64,000 nt of DNA from an uncultured Bacteriovoracaceae bacterium (lineage in GTDB: Bacteria; Bdellovibrionota; UBA2428). Where the stretch lies: assembly GCA_964477895.1 (NCBI GenBank), contig CAYZFQ010000003.1, forward strand, positions 122,243-186,242, given 5' to 3'. The notes under the pieces were generated by a model, which saw nothing but the letters and a program-made list of their open reading frames with translations, was not told the DNA's origin and ran no database searches. Positions 38,793 through 47,236 of this stretch are shown here, piece after piece. Position numbers and translations under genes: made by a program. The number at the start of each line of letters is the position of its first letter. The first letter of the stretch is position 1.

Positions 38793-38820
38793 GCGCCTAC
38801 ATGAAAAAGCGCCAGGCGCC
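38793..38820 (-). terminator. Terminator-like module (copy C of 3-copy repeat)
   Basis: Minus-strand GGCGCCTGGCGC followed by TTTTTCATGTAGGCGC. Lies between the convergent membrane-protein and PilZ genes. Confidence 0.45.
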
Positions 38821-38821
38821 T

Positions 38822-39553
38822 TCAGGATAACAAAGGGAACTTCAGCGATTCTTCCACAGCTTCGTCGGAGAAAAGCTTTTCCACAAACTGGGGTTCATTT
38901 ACGAGCCAGGCTAGAAAAATATCGGCAAAGTAATTGGCGATGGCGGAGTCGGGATTGCGATCCCAAGTAATGTCATCGATGGGAGATGATTTGGATTTCT
39001 GCCGACCCGTGCGCAAGCCCTCTGAAGGAGTCCACTGCAAGATGAGATCTTGGGCCGCGCCAAAAATTTTCAGTAAGCTGCGGTCCGACGTCACCCAAAC
39101 AAAGATCGCCGTTTCGTTTTGCCCCACGAAAGCTTCGTAGCCAGTGGCACCACTCACCAGTTCGAGCGCATCGGCGCGCGCTGAAAGAGGCAGATTGCGC
39201 TTTAAGCTCTGACCTAAAAACTTAGGCTTTAAAAATTCTCGCAATGCACTCTGAAAGGCACGCGAGGCGTCCAAGAAGGCGCAATGTAAAATAAATCCAT
39301 TTTGGTTTTTGACTTCAATCTGCACCGGGAAGGCTCGCTCTCGAATGGAAATCGAGATGGCGCCTACATCTCCCAACTTAAGAGGCGGATCACTATCAAG
39401 CAAAAGAGCCACTCCCCCGGATGAAATATTCAGAATCCTGAGTTTGAGATTTCCTAAGTGGGCTTCCACCGAAGCCAATGGCGTAATCTCTTTGCCTAAG
39501 AGCTCTACCCGGTAACGATAGTCTCCCGAGCGCCGGGCTTGTTCGTTTGTCAC
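38822..39553 (-). CDS. PilZ domain protein (c-di-GMP-binding candidate)
   Basis: PilZ motifs: RxxxR (RRSGDYR) and D/NxSxGG (NISSGGVAL). Apparent GTG start. Confidence 0.6.
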   Translation of the reverse strand: MTNEQARRSGDYRYRVELLGKEITPLASVEAHLGNLKLRILNISSGGVALLLDSDPPLKLGDVGAISISIRERAFPVQIEVKNQNGFILHCAFLDASRAFQSALREFLKPKFLGQSLKRNLPLSARADALELVSGATGYEAFVGQNETAIFVWVTSDRSLLKIFGAAQDLILQWTPSEGLRTGRQKSKSSPIDDITWDRNPDSAIANYFADIFLAWLVNEPQFVEKLFSDEAVEESLKFPLLS

Positions 39554-39578
39554 CCAACCATTCTAGTCTCGAACGGCC

Positions 39579-39621
39579 AAAATAAAAAATGACGGGTTGG
39601 ACCGGCAGGTTCCAACCCGTC
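39579..39621 (-). terminator. Rho-independent terminator (11-bp stem + U-tract) downstream of the small Cys protein gene
   Basis: GACGGGTTGGA (39591-39601) pairs with TCCAACCCGTC (39611-39621), with a 9-nt loop. On the minus strand it is followed by ATTTTTTATTTT. A second 8-bp hairpin lies at 39633-39660. Confidence 0.55.
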
Positions 39622-39695
39622 TAAACGTTGTCGTTCAGGGAAATGGGAATAACCCTGAACCTACGCATTCGAACCAAATTTAAAGGATCTTGGCC

Positions 39696-39968
39696 TTAGG
39701 CAACTTTTTTAGACTTTTCTTGCCACTTGGAAAGCTTTTCCTCGTAGTCCACGGGTTTCTTACCGTCGCCACGAAGGATACCCGCCATGTAAAACTCATA
39801 GTGTTCCATGCAAAAACCGAATTTCTCGGGCTTCTTTTTGCATTCTTCAGATTTGCACTTCGAAGGGCCATCCGCCGCTTCTCGGCTAGGTTTTGCAGCC
39901 ACTACGGGCTTCTTAGGCGCTTCCGCAGCATTGGTCTTGCCACCCTTAGTATTTCCTTTTTCAGACAT
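39696..39968 (-). CDS. Small lysine-rich protein with C-x4-C...C-x2-H motif (90 aa)
   Basis: ATG 39968 is preceded by an AGGGAGG SD. The ORF track extended the start to 40058. Sequence MSEKGNTKGGK...CKSEECKKKPEKFGFCMEHYEFY... Antisense ORFs listed here are rejected. Confidence 0.55.
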   Translation of the reverse strand: MSEKGNTKGGKTNAAEAPKKPVVAAKPSREAADGPSKCKSEECKKKPEKFGFCMEHYEFYMAGILRGDGKKPVDYEEKLSKWQEKSKKVA

Positions 39969-40130
39969 TCGAGCCTCCCTTGGTGCGCTTCTGCACCGCA
40001 CAATAAACTCTTCGTCACAATGCAGCATTTCTTTAGCGCGTTGCGCAAAATTTAACAAAGCGTCAAAAAAGCGTGTGTTTTTAAGGAGATCCTATTCTCC
40101 TGGGGGGGCCTTAGCTGGCATAATAAGGCT

Positions 40131-42227
40131 ATGGCAAAAAGTTTCGATGTAAAAAACTTTGTGACCCAAAACCATAATCTCGATGAATTTAAAAAAGTTC
40201 ATTGGAGTGGGAACTTCCAAGACTACGTCGACCTTCTCACCGAAAGCCCTGAAATTGGGCGCAATGCCTTCCAACGTTTGTATGACATGATTCTTTCATG
40301 GGGCAGCGAAGAGTCTGTCGATTTTAAAAAGAAACTGACTCACTACAATCTTTTCAATGACCCCATCGAGAACGGCCAGGATGCTGTTTTTGGTTTGGAA
40401 GTGCCTTTGATGAAGTTGGTTGACGTGTTGAAAAGCGCAGCCAAAGGTTACGGCACCCAGAATCGTGTGATCCTTTTGCACGGTCCTGTAGGTTCCTCAA
40501 AATCCACCATTGTGCGCATGCTGAAAAAAGGCATGGAACATTACACCAAGCAAGACTCCGGCCGCCTCTACACTTTTTCTTGGATTAATCCTGAAAATGA
40601 AAACATTGCCGTCTTTCGCCAGCTCCAAGAACTGGGCGTGGAAGAAATGCCTGATCCTATGAATGAAGATCCCCTAAAGCTTTTACCGGAAGATCTTCGT
40701 CCGAAATTTTTAGAAGAGCTCTACAAGGGTCGTAAGTCGGAATGGAAGATTGCCATTAAGGGCGAACTCAATCCGGCTTCCCGCTACATGTACCAAGAAC
40801 TGATGCGCCATTACAACGGAGACTGGACCAAAGTCATGGGCCACATCAAAGTGCGAAGACTTCTCTTCTCTGAAAAAGACAGAGTGGGAATTGGCACATT
40901 CCAACCCAAAGATGAAAAGAACCAAGACTCCACAGAGCTCACCGGCGACATCAACTACCGCCGGATTGCTATTTTCGGCTCTGACTCTGACCCCCGAGCT
41001 TTCAACTTTGACGGCGAGTTCAACGTGGCCAACCGTGGTCTCTTAGAGTTCGTGGAAATTTTAAAGCTCGACGTGGCTTTCTTGTATGATCTCTTAGGAG
41101 CTTCCCAAGAGCACAAGATTAAACCTAAGAAATTCGCTCAGACAGACATTGATGAAGTGATCATCGGCCATACCAACGAACCTGAGTACAAAAAACTTCA
41201 AAATAACGAGTTTATGGAAGCTCTCCGTGACCGTACTATCAAGGTGGATATTCCCTACATCACCAAGTGGAAGCAAGAGACTAAAATCTACAAAAAAGTC
41301 TTCAACCGAGACCGAGTGCGCAATATCCACATCGCTCCCCACACTCTTGAGATGGCTGCCATGTGGGCCATTCTCACTCGCCTGGAGATGCCAAAAAAGG
41401 CCAATCTCAGTATTCTGCAGAAATTAAAACTTTACGACGGAAAAACTCTTCCAGGATTCACGGAGGACAACGTAAAAGAGCTTCGTAAAGAAACTTTACG
41501 CGAAGGTATGGATGGAATTTCTCCGCGTTATATTTATGATAAAATTTCTAACGCTTTAGTGCAGAACGGGGAGACCACGGGCTGCCTCAACCCCTTTATG
41601 GTACTCAATGAACTCGAAGGCGGACTCAAAAACCACTCCCTCATCAACAACGAAGAAAAGAAAAAACTCTACCGGGAGCTCCTTTCCGTTGTGAAGCAGG
41701 AATATGAGGACATCGTTAAAAACGAAGTTCAAAGAGCGATCTCAGCCGATGAAGATGCCATTGCTAAGCTCTGCGCCAACTACATCGACAACGTGAAGGC
41801 CTACACCCAAAAAGAAAAGGTGCGCAATCGTTACACAGGTCAATACGAGGAACCCGATGAGCGCCTCATGCGGTCGATTGAAGAAAAAATCGACATCCCT
41901 GAAATCAGAAAAGAAGATTTCCGTCGCGAGATCATGAACTACATTGGCGCCTTGGCTGTTGAGGGCAAAACCTTCGACTACAAAACCAATGAGAGATTGC
42001 ATAAAGCTCTCGAGCTGAAACTTTTTGAAGATCAGAAGGACTCCATCAAACTCACAACCCTCGTGAGCAATGTGGTCGACAAAGCTACCCAAGAAAAAAT
42101 CGACATCGTAAAAACTCGATTGATCAAAAACTTTGGTTACGATGAAGTTTCCGCAACCGACGTGTTGCAGTTTGTGGCCTCGATTTTTGCTCGCGGTGAT
42201 AGCAAGATTTCTAAAGAAAAGGCCTAA
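40131..42227 (+). CDS. prkA: PrkA family serine protein kinase (AAA-like N-domain)
   Basis: 698 aa. Walker A motif [14 protein letters not shown]. PrkA-family conservation throughout. Confidence 0.9.
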   Translation: MAKSFDVKNFVTQNHNLDEFKKVHWSGNFQDYVDLLTESPEIGRNAFQRLYDMILSWGSEESVDFKKKLTHYNLFNDPIENGQDAVFGLEVPLMKLVDVLKSAAKGYGTQNRVILLHGPVGSSKSTIVRMLKKGMEHYTKQDSGRLYTFSWINPENENIAVFRQLQELGVEEMPDPMNEDPLKLLPEDLRPKFLEELYKGRKSEWKIAIKGELNPASRYMYQELMRHYNGDWTKVMGHIKVRRLLFSEKDRVGIGTFQPKDEKNQDSTELTGDINYRRIAIFGSDSDPRAFNFDGEFNVANRGLLEFVEILKLDVAFLYDLLGASQEHKIKPKKFAQTDIDEVIIGHTNEPEYKKLQNNEFMEALRDRTIKVDIPYITKWKQETKIYKKVFNRDRVRNIHIAPHTLEMAAMWAILTRLEMPKKANLSILQKLKLYDGKTLPGFTEDNVKELRKETLREGMDGISPRYIYDKISNALVQNGETTGCLNPFMVLNELEGGLKNHSLINNEEKKKLYRELLSVVKQEYEDIVKNEVQRAISADEDAIAKLCANYIDNVKAYTQKEKVRNRYTGQYEEPDERLMRSIEEKIDIPEIRKEDFRREIMNYIGALAVEGKTFDYKTNERLHKALELKLFEDQKDSIKLTTLVSNVVDKATQEKIDIVKTRLIKNFGYDEVSATDVLQFVASIFARGDSKISKEKA

Positions 42228-42254
42228 AGCTTTTTTGCCCCCTAGGCCTCTACC

Positions 42255-43376
42255 TCAGGGGAACTGAATTCCTGCCAACTGATAAAGGCTCGTGATTTCC
42301 CGTACCAAAGGGTTCTTAGAATCGCCTAACTTCCAGACGGCAGAAGAAAGCGGGTACTGAATCTTTTTTAGCTTGCTGACAATTCGAGCAATGTGAATGT
42401 CGGCTTGACTATGGTTGCCCGAAGTTAATTGTAAAAGATTGAGGTACATTCGCAGGCCGGCAAAGTAGGTAAGATAAACTTTAGCTAAGGGAATAAAATC
42501 CCTAGCAAAATCTGGTCCCCAATGGCCCCGCAAATAGTCCAGACCTTCTTCATAGTTGATGGTGACGTCCCGCAAGGCTTCTAGGTAAGGCATGCTCGGC
42601 TCCCACTGAGGGGATTCCGGGCTTATTTCCTCATTAAAAACGGCTTCTAAATGCAGATAAAGAATATGGGACGTCGCAATTTTTTTATGATCCCATCTTG
42701 TAGCTTTGTAATTCGCGACCCACTCGGAACTCTGCCTCACTTGTTCACCCGGCAAGTCCCGACTCAGCTCATTCATAGGCTCCTCGACCTGGGAGGCGTG
42801 CTCTTCTTGCAGACTCCCTTCCGGAGCCATGGCTTCGGCCCGATCCGCCAAATCTTCAAGTTCCTTAGTAGACAATCCTTTCTCAATTAAGAGACGAGCT
42901 TGGTAAGGCTCAATGTGGCTCAGCGCCTCTTCACGGAAGGCCCCGCCTAGCCAGTCGCCCAGATAAAAGTCGGCCACGGCGCCATACCACTTTTCTTGCC
43001 GACCAATGGCCACCGGAGCCCTTTCGCGACTTAAGGCCTCGATCCGAGCCAAACGCTCGGCGAATATTTGGCTTGTACGAATGAAATTATTTCGAGCCTG
43101 CACGGCCTCAGAGCTGGACTGCGGAATGCCCACCCGAAATTCAAAGTGAAAGGCGGGATGAAGGAGCAGATCTTCCAATGTAGCCAAATCTTTGCGACTC
43201 AGATTTTGCGAGGGAGCATTTAAAAAATAGCTAACTATCTCTCTTAAGGGCCCTCGTTCCTCCACCAACATCCGAAGAGGCACCGTATCTAAACTTTGGG
43301 GAAAGGAGAGAGTGCAATCGGACTTCGCCCAAGCTCCAGCTGAAATTAAAACTGCCGCCACTAAAAACTTAGTCAA
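42255..43376 (-). CDS. Hypothetical secreted protein
   Basis: Signal peptide MTKFLVAAVLISAGAWA. No recognised domain. Confidence 0.5.
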   Translation of the reverse strand: MTKFLVAAVLISAGAWAKSDCTLSFPQSLDTVPLRMLVEERGPLREIVSYFLNAPSQNLSRKDLATLEDLLLHPAFHFEFRVGIPQSSSEAVQARNNFIRTSQIFAERLARIEALSRERAPVAIGRQEKWYGAVADFYLGDWLGGAFREEALSHIEPYQARLLIEKGLSTKELEDLADRAEAMAPEGSLQEEHASQVEEPMNELSRDLPGEQVRQSSEWVANYKATRWDHKKIATSHILYLHLEAVFNEEISPESPQWEPSMPYLEALRDVTINYEEGLDYLRGHWGPDFARDFIPLAKVYLTYFAGLRMYLNLLQLTSGNHSQADIHIARIVSKLKKIQYPLSSAVWKLGDSKNPLVREITSLYQLAGIQFP

Positions 43377-43463
43377 TTTTTTATACCCCTACTTTTATCC
43401 ATCCGCTTCCCGGCAGGATTTTTATTAGTGGCAAATCAACTACAGCAGGCACCCCGCTGCGAC

Positions 43464-44609
43464 TTAAATCTTCTTTGGAATCTCAAAGTAGAGGGCGGCT
43501 AATATAAAAATAAGCATAAATATCTTAGGAATTGATTTTTTACGCAGGCATAGAAAAAAACAGAGTAGCCCTAAAAAAATCTTAAAATAGCCCCACTCCA
43601 TTTTTAGTCCGAGGACCAGAGTGCTGAGCGCGATGGTGGCCGCCACTGCAGGCAAAAGACCTAACCAAGCCCCCTCCACCCACTTTTGGCTTAAAAGTTT
43701 TTTACTCAAGGGCTTAAGACACAACATCAAAAGGAGGGGACCCAAAAAAATCCCCACCGTAGCCGTAAGGGCACCAGACAGTCCGCCAATCTTAAAACCC
43801 ATCGGAGTTGCCGCAATAACCACAGGACCCGGGGTGAGATTACCCAGTGTGACCGCATTTAAAAAGTCTGCAGGACTGAGGAGTCCATACTGTGTCACAA
43901 GAACTCTCTCCAAGTGAGGCAAAATCATATAACCCGTACCGAAAACACTAAGGCCCGCCAGAAAAAATATTCCGAATAAACTTACAAGAGGAAGGACTGA
44001 GAGCCGGCTTCTCGAAGAATTTTTATGAAGCCAATAGAAGAGGCTACCCAAGGAAGCAGCAGCCAATAAAATAATGAGTTCCGGCACCTGAAGCCATGCA
44101 GCTACGATCGCCCCTAAAAAAAAGAGCAGAACAGCTAGACTTCTTCTTTCCCCAAAGTACTCACGCTCCCAGCACTCCCGAAAAAGTCGATAACAAGTGT
44201 AGAGAATTAAAAAAATAACGGCCGCCTGCAAGGCTTCAAAGCCGTAGGCCAATGCAGGATAGGGTGCAAAAAACTCCCTCAAAGGACTTTCAAAAAAAGA
44301 AATAAGAAGGAGGGCAAAAAAGGAAGGGAAGATAAAGCAAAAAAGCGAAATAAGACCGCCCCAGACTCCCGCTATTTCCATCCCCAAAAAAATAGCCAGA
44401 AGTGAAGAGACTGGACCGGGAAGGAGTTTCACAAAGCCTAGGGCCTCGAGATAAGTTTTTTCGTCGACAAGCTTAAGCCGTAAGGCCAGCTCGTCGCGCA
44501 TAAAGCTCATGGTGGCTAAGGGGCCTCCAAAGCCGAAGGTCCCCACCCGCAACTGGGCACGGGCCAAGAGCCAGAGCTTAGGCTTTGTTGCCGTCTTCGT
44601 AATAATCAA
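43464..44609 (-). CDS. chrA: Chromate-transporter (CHR) family membrane protein, long two-domain form
   Basis: N-terminal CHR motif (LRVGTFGFGGPLATMSFMRDEL), repeated in the second half. About 12 TM helices. Start overlaps the 3' end of the upstream gene by about 32 nt. Confidence 0.75.
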   Translation of the reverse strand: MIITKTATKPKLWLLARAQLRVGTFGFGGPLATMSFMRDELALRLKLVDEKTYLEALGFVKLLPGPVSSLLAIFLGMEIAGVWGGLISLFCFIFPSFFALLLISFFESPLREFFAPYPALAYGFEALQAAVIFLILYTCYRLFRECWEREYFGERRSLAVLLFFLGAIVAAWLQVPELIILLAAASLGSLFYWLHKNSSRSRLSVLPLVSLFGIFFLAGLSVFGTGYMILPHLERVLVTQYGLLSPADFLNAVTLGNLTPGPVVIAATPMGFKIGGLSGALTATVGIFLGPLLLMLCLKPLSKKLLSQKWVEGAWLGLLPAVAATIALSTLVLGLKMEWGYFKIFLGLLCFFLCLRKKSIPKIFMLIFILAALYFEIPKKI

Positions 44610-45906
44610 GTCCGGTGTGGGTGATTTCCGTATCGCCTTTAAGGGCTCGCAGCGTGTTTTTAAGCTTCATCTGTTGGATGAAGAGGTCATGCTCCGGATA
44701 GAGGCCCTCTTTGGCCATAGGGGCCTTGTAGTAGAAACTCAGCCATTCCTGGATACCCTTCATGCCTGAGCGCTGGGCCAAGTCTGAAAAAATGGCCAGG
44801 TCCAGCACCAAAGGTGCTGCCAAAATAGAATCTCGGCACAAAAAGTTCACTTTAATTTGCATGGGGTAGCCCATCCAACCCACAATATCGATGTTGTCCC
44901 AACCCTCTTTGTTATCTCCGCGAGGGGGATAATATTCGATGTTCACCTTATGGTAGAGCTTCGAATAAAGTTCGGGGTAAAGGTCGGGTTGCAAAATGGT
45001 GTCTAAGACACCTAATTTTGACTCTTCTTTGGTTTTAAAATTTGCTGGATCATCAAGAACCGCTCCGTCGCGATTACCTAAAATATTTGTGGAGAACCAG
45101 CCCTCAATACCCAGCATCCGAGCTTTAAAGCCCGGAGCTAAAATTGTTTTCATTAAAGTTTGGCCCGTTTTAAAATCGCGTCCCGAAATGGCAACGCCGT
45201 TTTCATTGGCGTATTGAATAAAGGCGGGAATATCTACGGTAAGATTAGGCGCCCCGTTACAGTAAGGAACTTTTTCCTTGAGGGCGGCATAGGCATAAAC
45301 CTGGGAAGGTGCGATGTCGTCAGAATTGGCCTTAAGGCCAGCTTCGAAAGCTTCCATGGTCGCGTGCACATTGGAGGGAGTGCAGTAAGCTTCGGTGGAT
45401 CCACACCAGACCATCACTAAACGCTCGCAATTTTTTTCTTTCTTAAAGCGCTTAATGTCTTCTCTAAGTTCTAGCGCCTTATCCCAAAGGTTGCCCTTGG
45501 TTTTGATATTGGTACTTTTAATATTCTTAATGTACTTCTCAGAAAACACAGCGGTCATGGGTTTGATCGCGGCCATTTCTTCTTTGATAGGTTCGAGGTC
45601 CTTTGGGGTGAGAACTCCCGCATTGGCAGCAGCTTCATACATATTATCGGGAAAAATATCCCAACCGCCAAATTCAATGTTTTCGAGTGAGGCTAAAGAG
45701 ACATACTCTTTAATCAAAGGATTCTTGTTATCGGTGCGCTTGCCAATGCGAATGCGCCCCATCTGTGTCAGCGAGCCCATGGGCTTTGTGAGACCTTTTC
45801 GAGCCGAAATCACTCCGGCCATAAAGGTGGAGGCTACGGCCCCCATGCCTGGAGTGAGGATGCCTAATTTACCAGTTGCAGCTTGGATGGTGTATTTTTT
45901 GTTCAT
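44578..45906 (-). CDS. myo-Inositol-1-phosphate (inositol-3-phosphate) synthase
   Basis: 442 aa. MIPS family pattern (NAD-binding N-terminus; conserved ...SGQT..K..L...). Confidence 0.8.
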   Translation of the reverse strand: MNKKYTIQAATGKLGILTPGMGAVASTFMAGVISARKGLTKPMGSLTQMGRIRIGKRTDNKNPLIKEYVSLASLENIEFGGWDIFPDNMYEAAANAGVLTPKDLEPIKEEMAAIKPMTAVFSEKYIKNIKSTNIKTKGNLWDKALELREDIKRFKKEKNCERLVMVWCGSTEAYCTPSNVHATMEAFEAGLKANSDDIAPSQVYAYAALKEKVPYCNGAPNLTVDIPAFIQYANENGVAISGRDFKTGQTLMKTILAPGFKARMLGIEGWFSTNILGNRDGAVLDDPANFKTKEESKLGVLDTILQPDLYPELYSKLYHKVNIEYYPPRGDNKEGWDNIDIVGWMGYPMQIKVNFLCRDSILAAPLVLDLAIFSDLAQRSGMKGIQEWLSFYYKAPMAKEGLYPEHDLFIQQMKLKNTLRALKGDTEITHTGLDYYEDGNKA

Positions 45907-45909
45907 ACG

Positions 45910-46260
45910 CTAGATCTCTCTAGCGAATGCTTGGACTTTCCTCAAATCGGAGATCACTTCCCTAAGGACTTCCCGTGTTATGGACTCCTCGGCACTGCTA
46001 TTGGCGGAAGCCGTGGGAGCGCTCTTTAAACCCTGTTTTTCTTCTTTTAAGGCCTTTTTAGCCCCAGGGATTGAATAACCCTGGTCATAGAGGAGGTGTT
46101 TTATTTTAAGAAAACTCTCTATATCTTCGTCTGTATAAAGCCGCTGCCCCCGACTGGTTTTGGTGGGTCTATGAGAGGGAAACTGAGACTCCCAAAACCT
46201 CAAAACATGGGGCTGAACACCGATTTTTTCTGCTGCGTCTTTGATGCGAAAGTAAGCCAT
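45910..46260 (-). CDS. MerR family transcriptional regulator
   Basis: N-terminal HTH (MAYFRIKDAAEKIGVQPHVLRFWE) with ATG 46260. The ORF track started at TTG 46281. Sits 4 nt upstream of the MIPS gene. Confidence 0.75.
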   Translation of the reverse strand: MAYFRIKDAAEKIGVQPHVLRFWESQFPSHRPTKTSRGQRLYTDEDIESFLKIKHLLYDQGYSIPGAKKALKEEKQGLKSAPTASANSSAEESITREVLREVISDLRKVQAFAREI

Positions 46261-46634
46261 AACAAATATTTGACCACGCAATTTAAAGAAGGTCTAGCGG
46301 GTCGTTATGCGGTGCGGCGTGGATTCCGCTAAGAAAAGGCGTCAGAGAACTTTTTCCAGACGTCATCCACCCTAACGCAGTCTCGAAGTCCCGACATCAA
46401 CAACAGAAAGCCGAGTGCCGTTAGGGGGTCGGAATACAGAATTGAAAGATTTTCACCGATGTCATCGACAAAGAATTTCACACCAGCTTGAAGTTCACAG
46501 CTATGACCCGATATTTAATGAAAAATCGCTTCGATCTTTTGGGCATCGACCGAATCGACTCCCATTCGATGTTGAAAAAAATTGCAGACCTTCAAAAATG
46601 TCATTCTTTGGTGCCCTTAGGTTTTTTTTAGCCC

Positions 46635-47234
46635 ATGGATGCAAAAACTCTCGAGATATACGACTCCAACGCCCTTCACTACGCGGACACTTGGCTCAGC
46701 CAAGTGATCCCAGCTGAAATTCATGAAATTATAAAATATTATTTTAGACCGGGAGCGCCCACGGCAGACATTGGAAGCGGAAGTGGTCGAGACAGCCATT
46801 GGCTGAACGAGAACGGCTATCCCTGCACGGGCTTTGACGCCTCACTTAGCCTCAGGACCCTGGCTCAAAGGCGCTTTCCAAAAATCGAATTTAAATACGC
46901 CTGCCTCCCGCTTTTGAAAGAAATCTCCGATGAAACCTTTCAAAACATTCTTTGCGAAACGGTTTTGATGCATCTCCCAAGCTCCCAGCATATTGACTCG
47001 TTAACAAATCTCATCCGAATCACAAAAAAAGGCGGTGTCATCAGCCTGAGCTGGCGTCATCCCCTAGCCACAATAAATTCAAGAGAAGAGGACGGACGTC
47101 TCTATGAAATCGTAGATCGAGAAGAACTTATACAAAGTGCAAAAAAATTAGGTGCTGAAATTTTGTACCAGAATACAAGCATCAGCTCGTCCTCGGGAAA
47201 ACGCATTGATCAGCTGGTGCTAAAGAAAAATTAA
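46635..47234 (+). CDS. Class I SAM-dependent methyltransferase
   Basis: Motif I (ADIGSGSGRDSHWL). Confidence 0.8.
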   Translation: MDAKTLEIYDSNALHYADTWLSQVIPAEIHEIIKYYFRPGAPTADIGSGSGRDSHWLNENGYPCTGFDASLSLRTLAQRRFPKIEFKYACLPLLKEISDETFQNILCETVLMHLPSSQHIDSLTNLIRITKKGGVISLSWRHPLATINSREEDGRLYEIVDREELIQSAKKLGAEILYQNTSISSSSGKRIDQLVLKKN

Positions 47235-47236
47235 TC

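Noticed and set aside
39690-40152. Two plus-strand ORFs (121 and 114 aa) overlapping the small Cys/Lys-rich gene
   Set aside because: They have no SD. The minus-strand ORF has an AGGGAGG SD at the proper spacing and a downstream terminator. The plus-strand translations look like antisense artefacts.
46415-46717. 100-aa plus-strand ORF in the merR-methyltransferase intergenic region
   Set aside because: It has no SD. Its translation is rich in R/H/S like random sequence. It overlaps the start of the well-supported methyltransferase gene in another frame.
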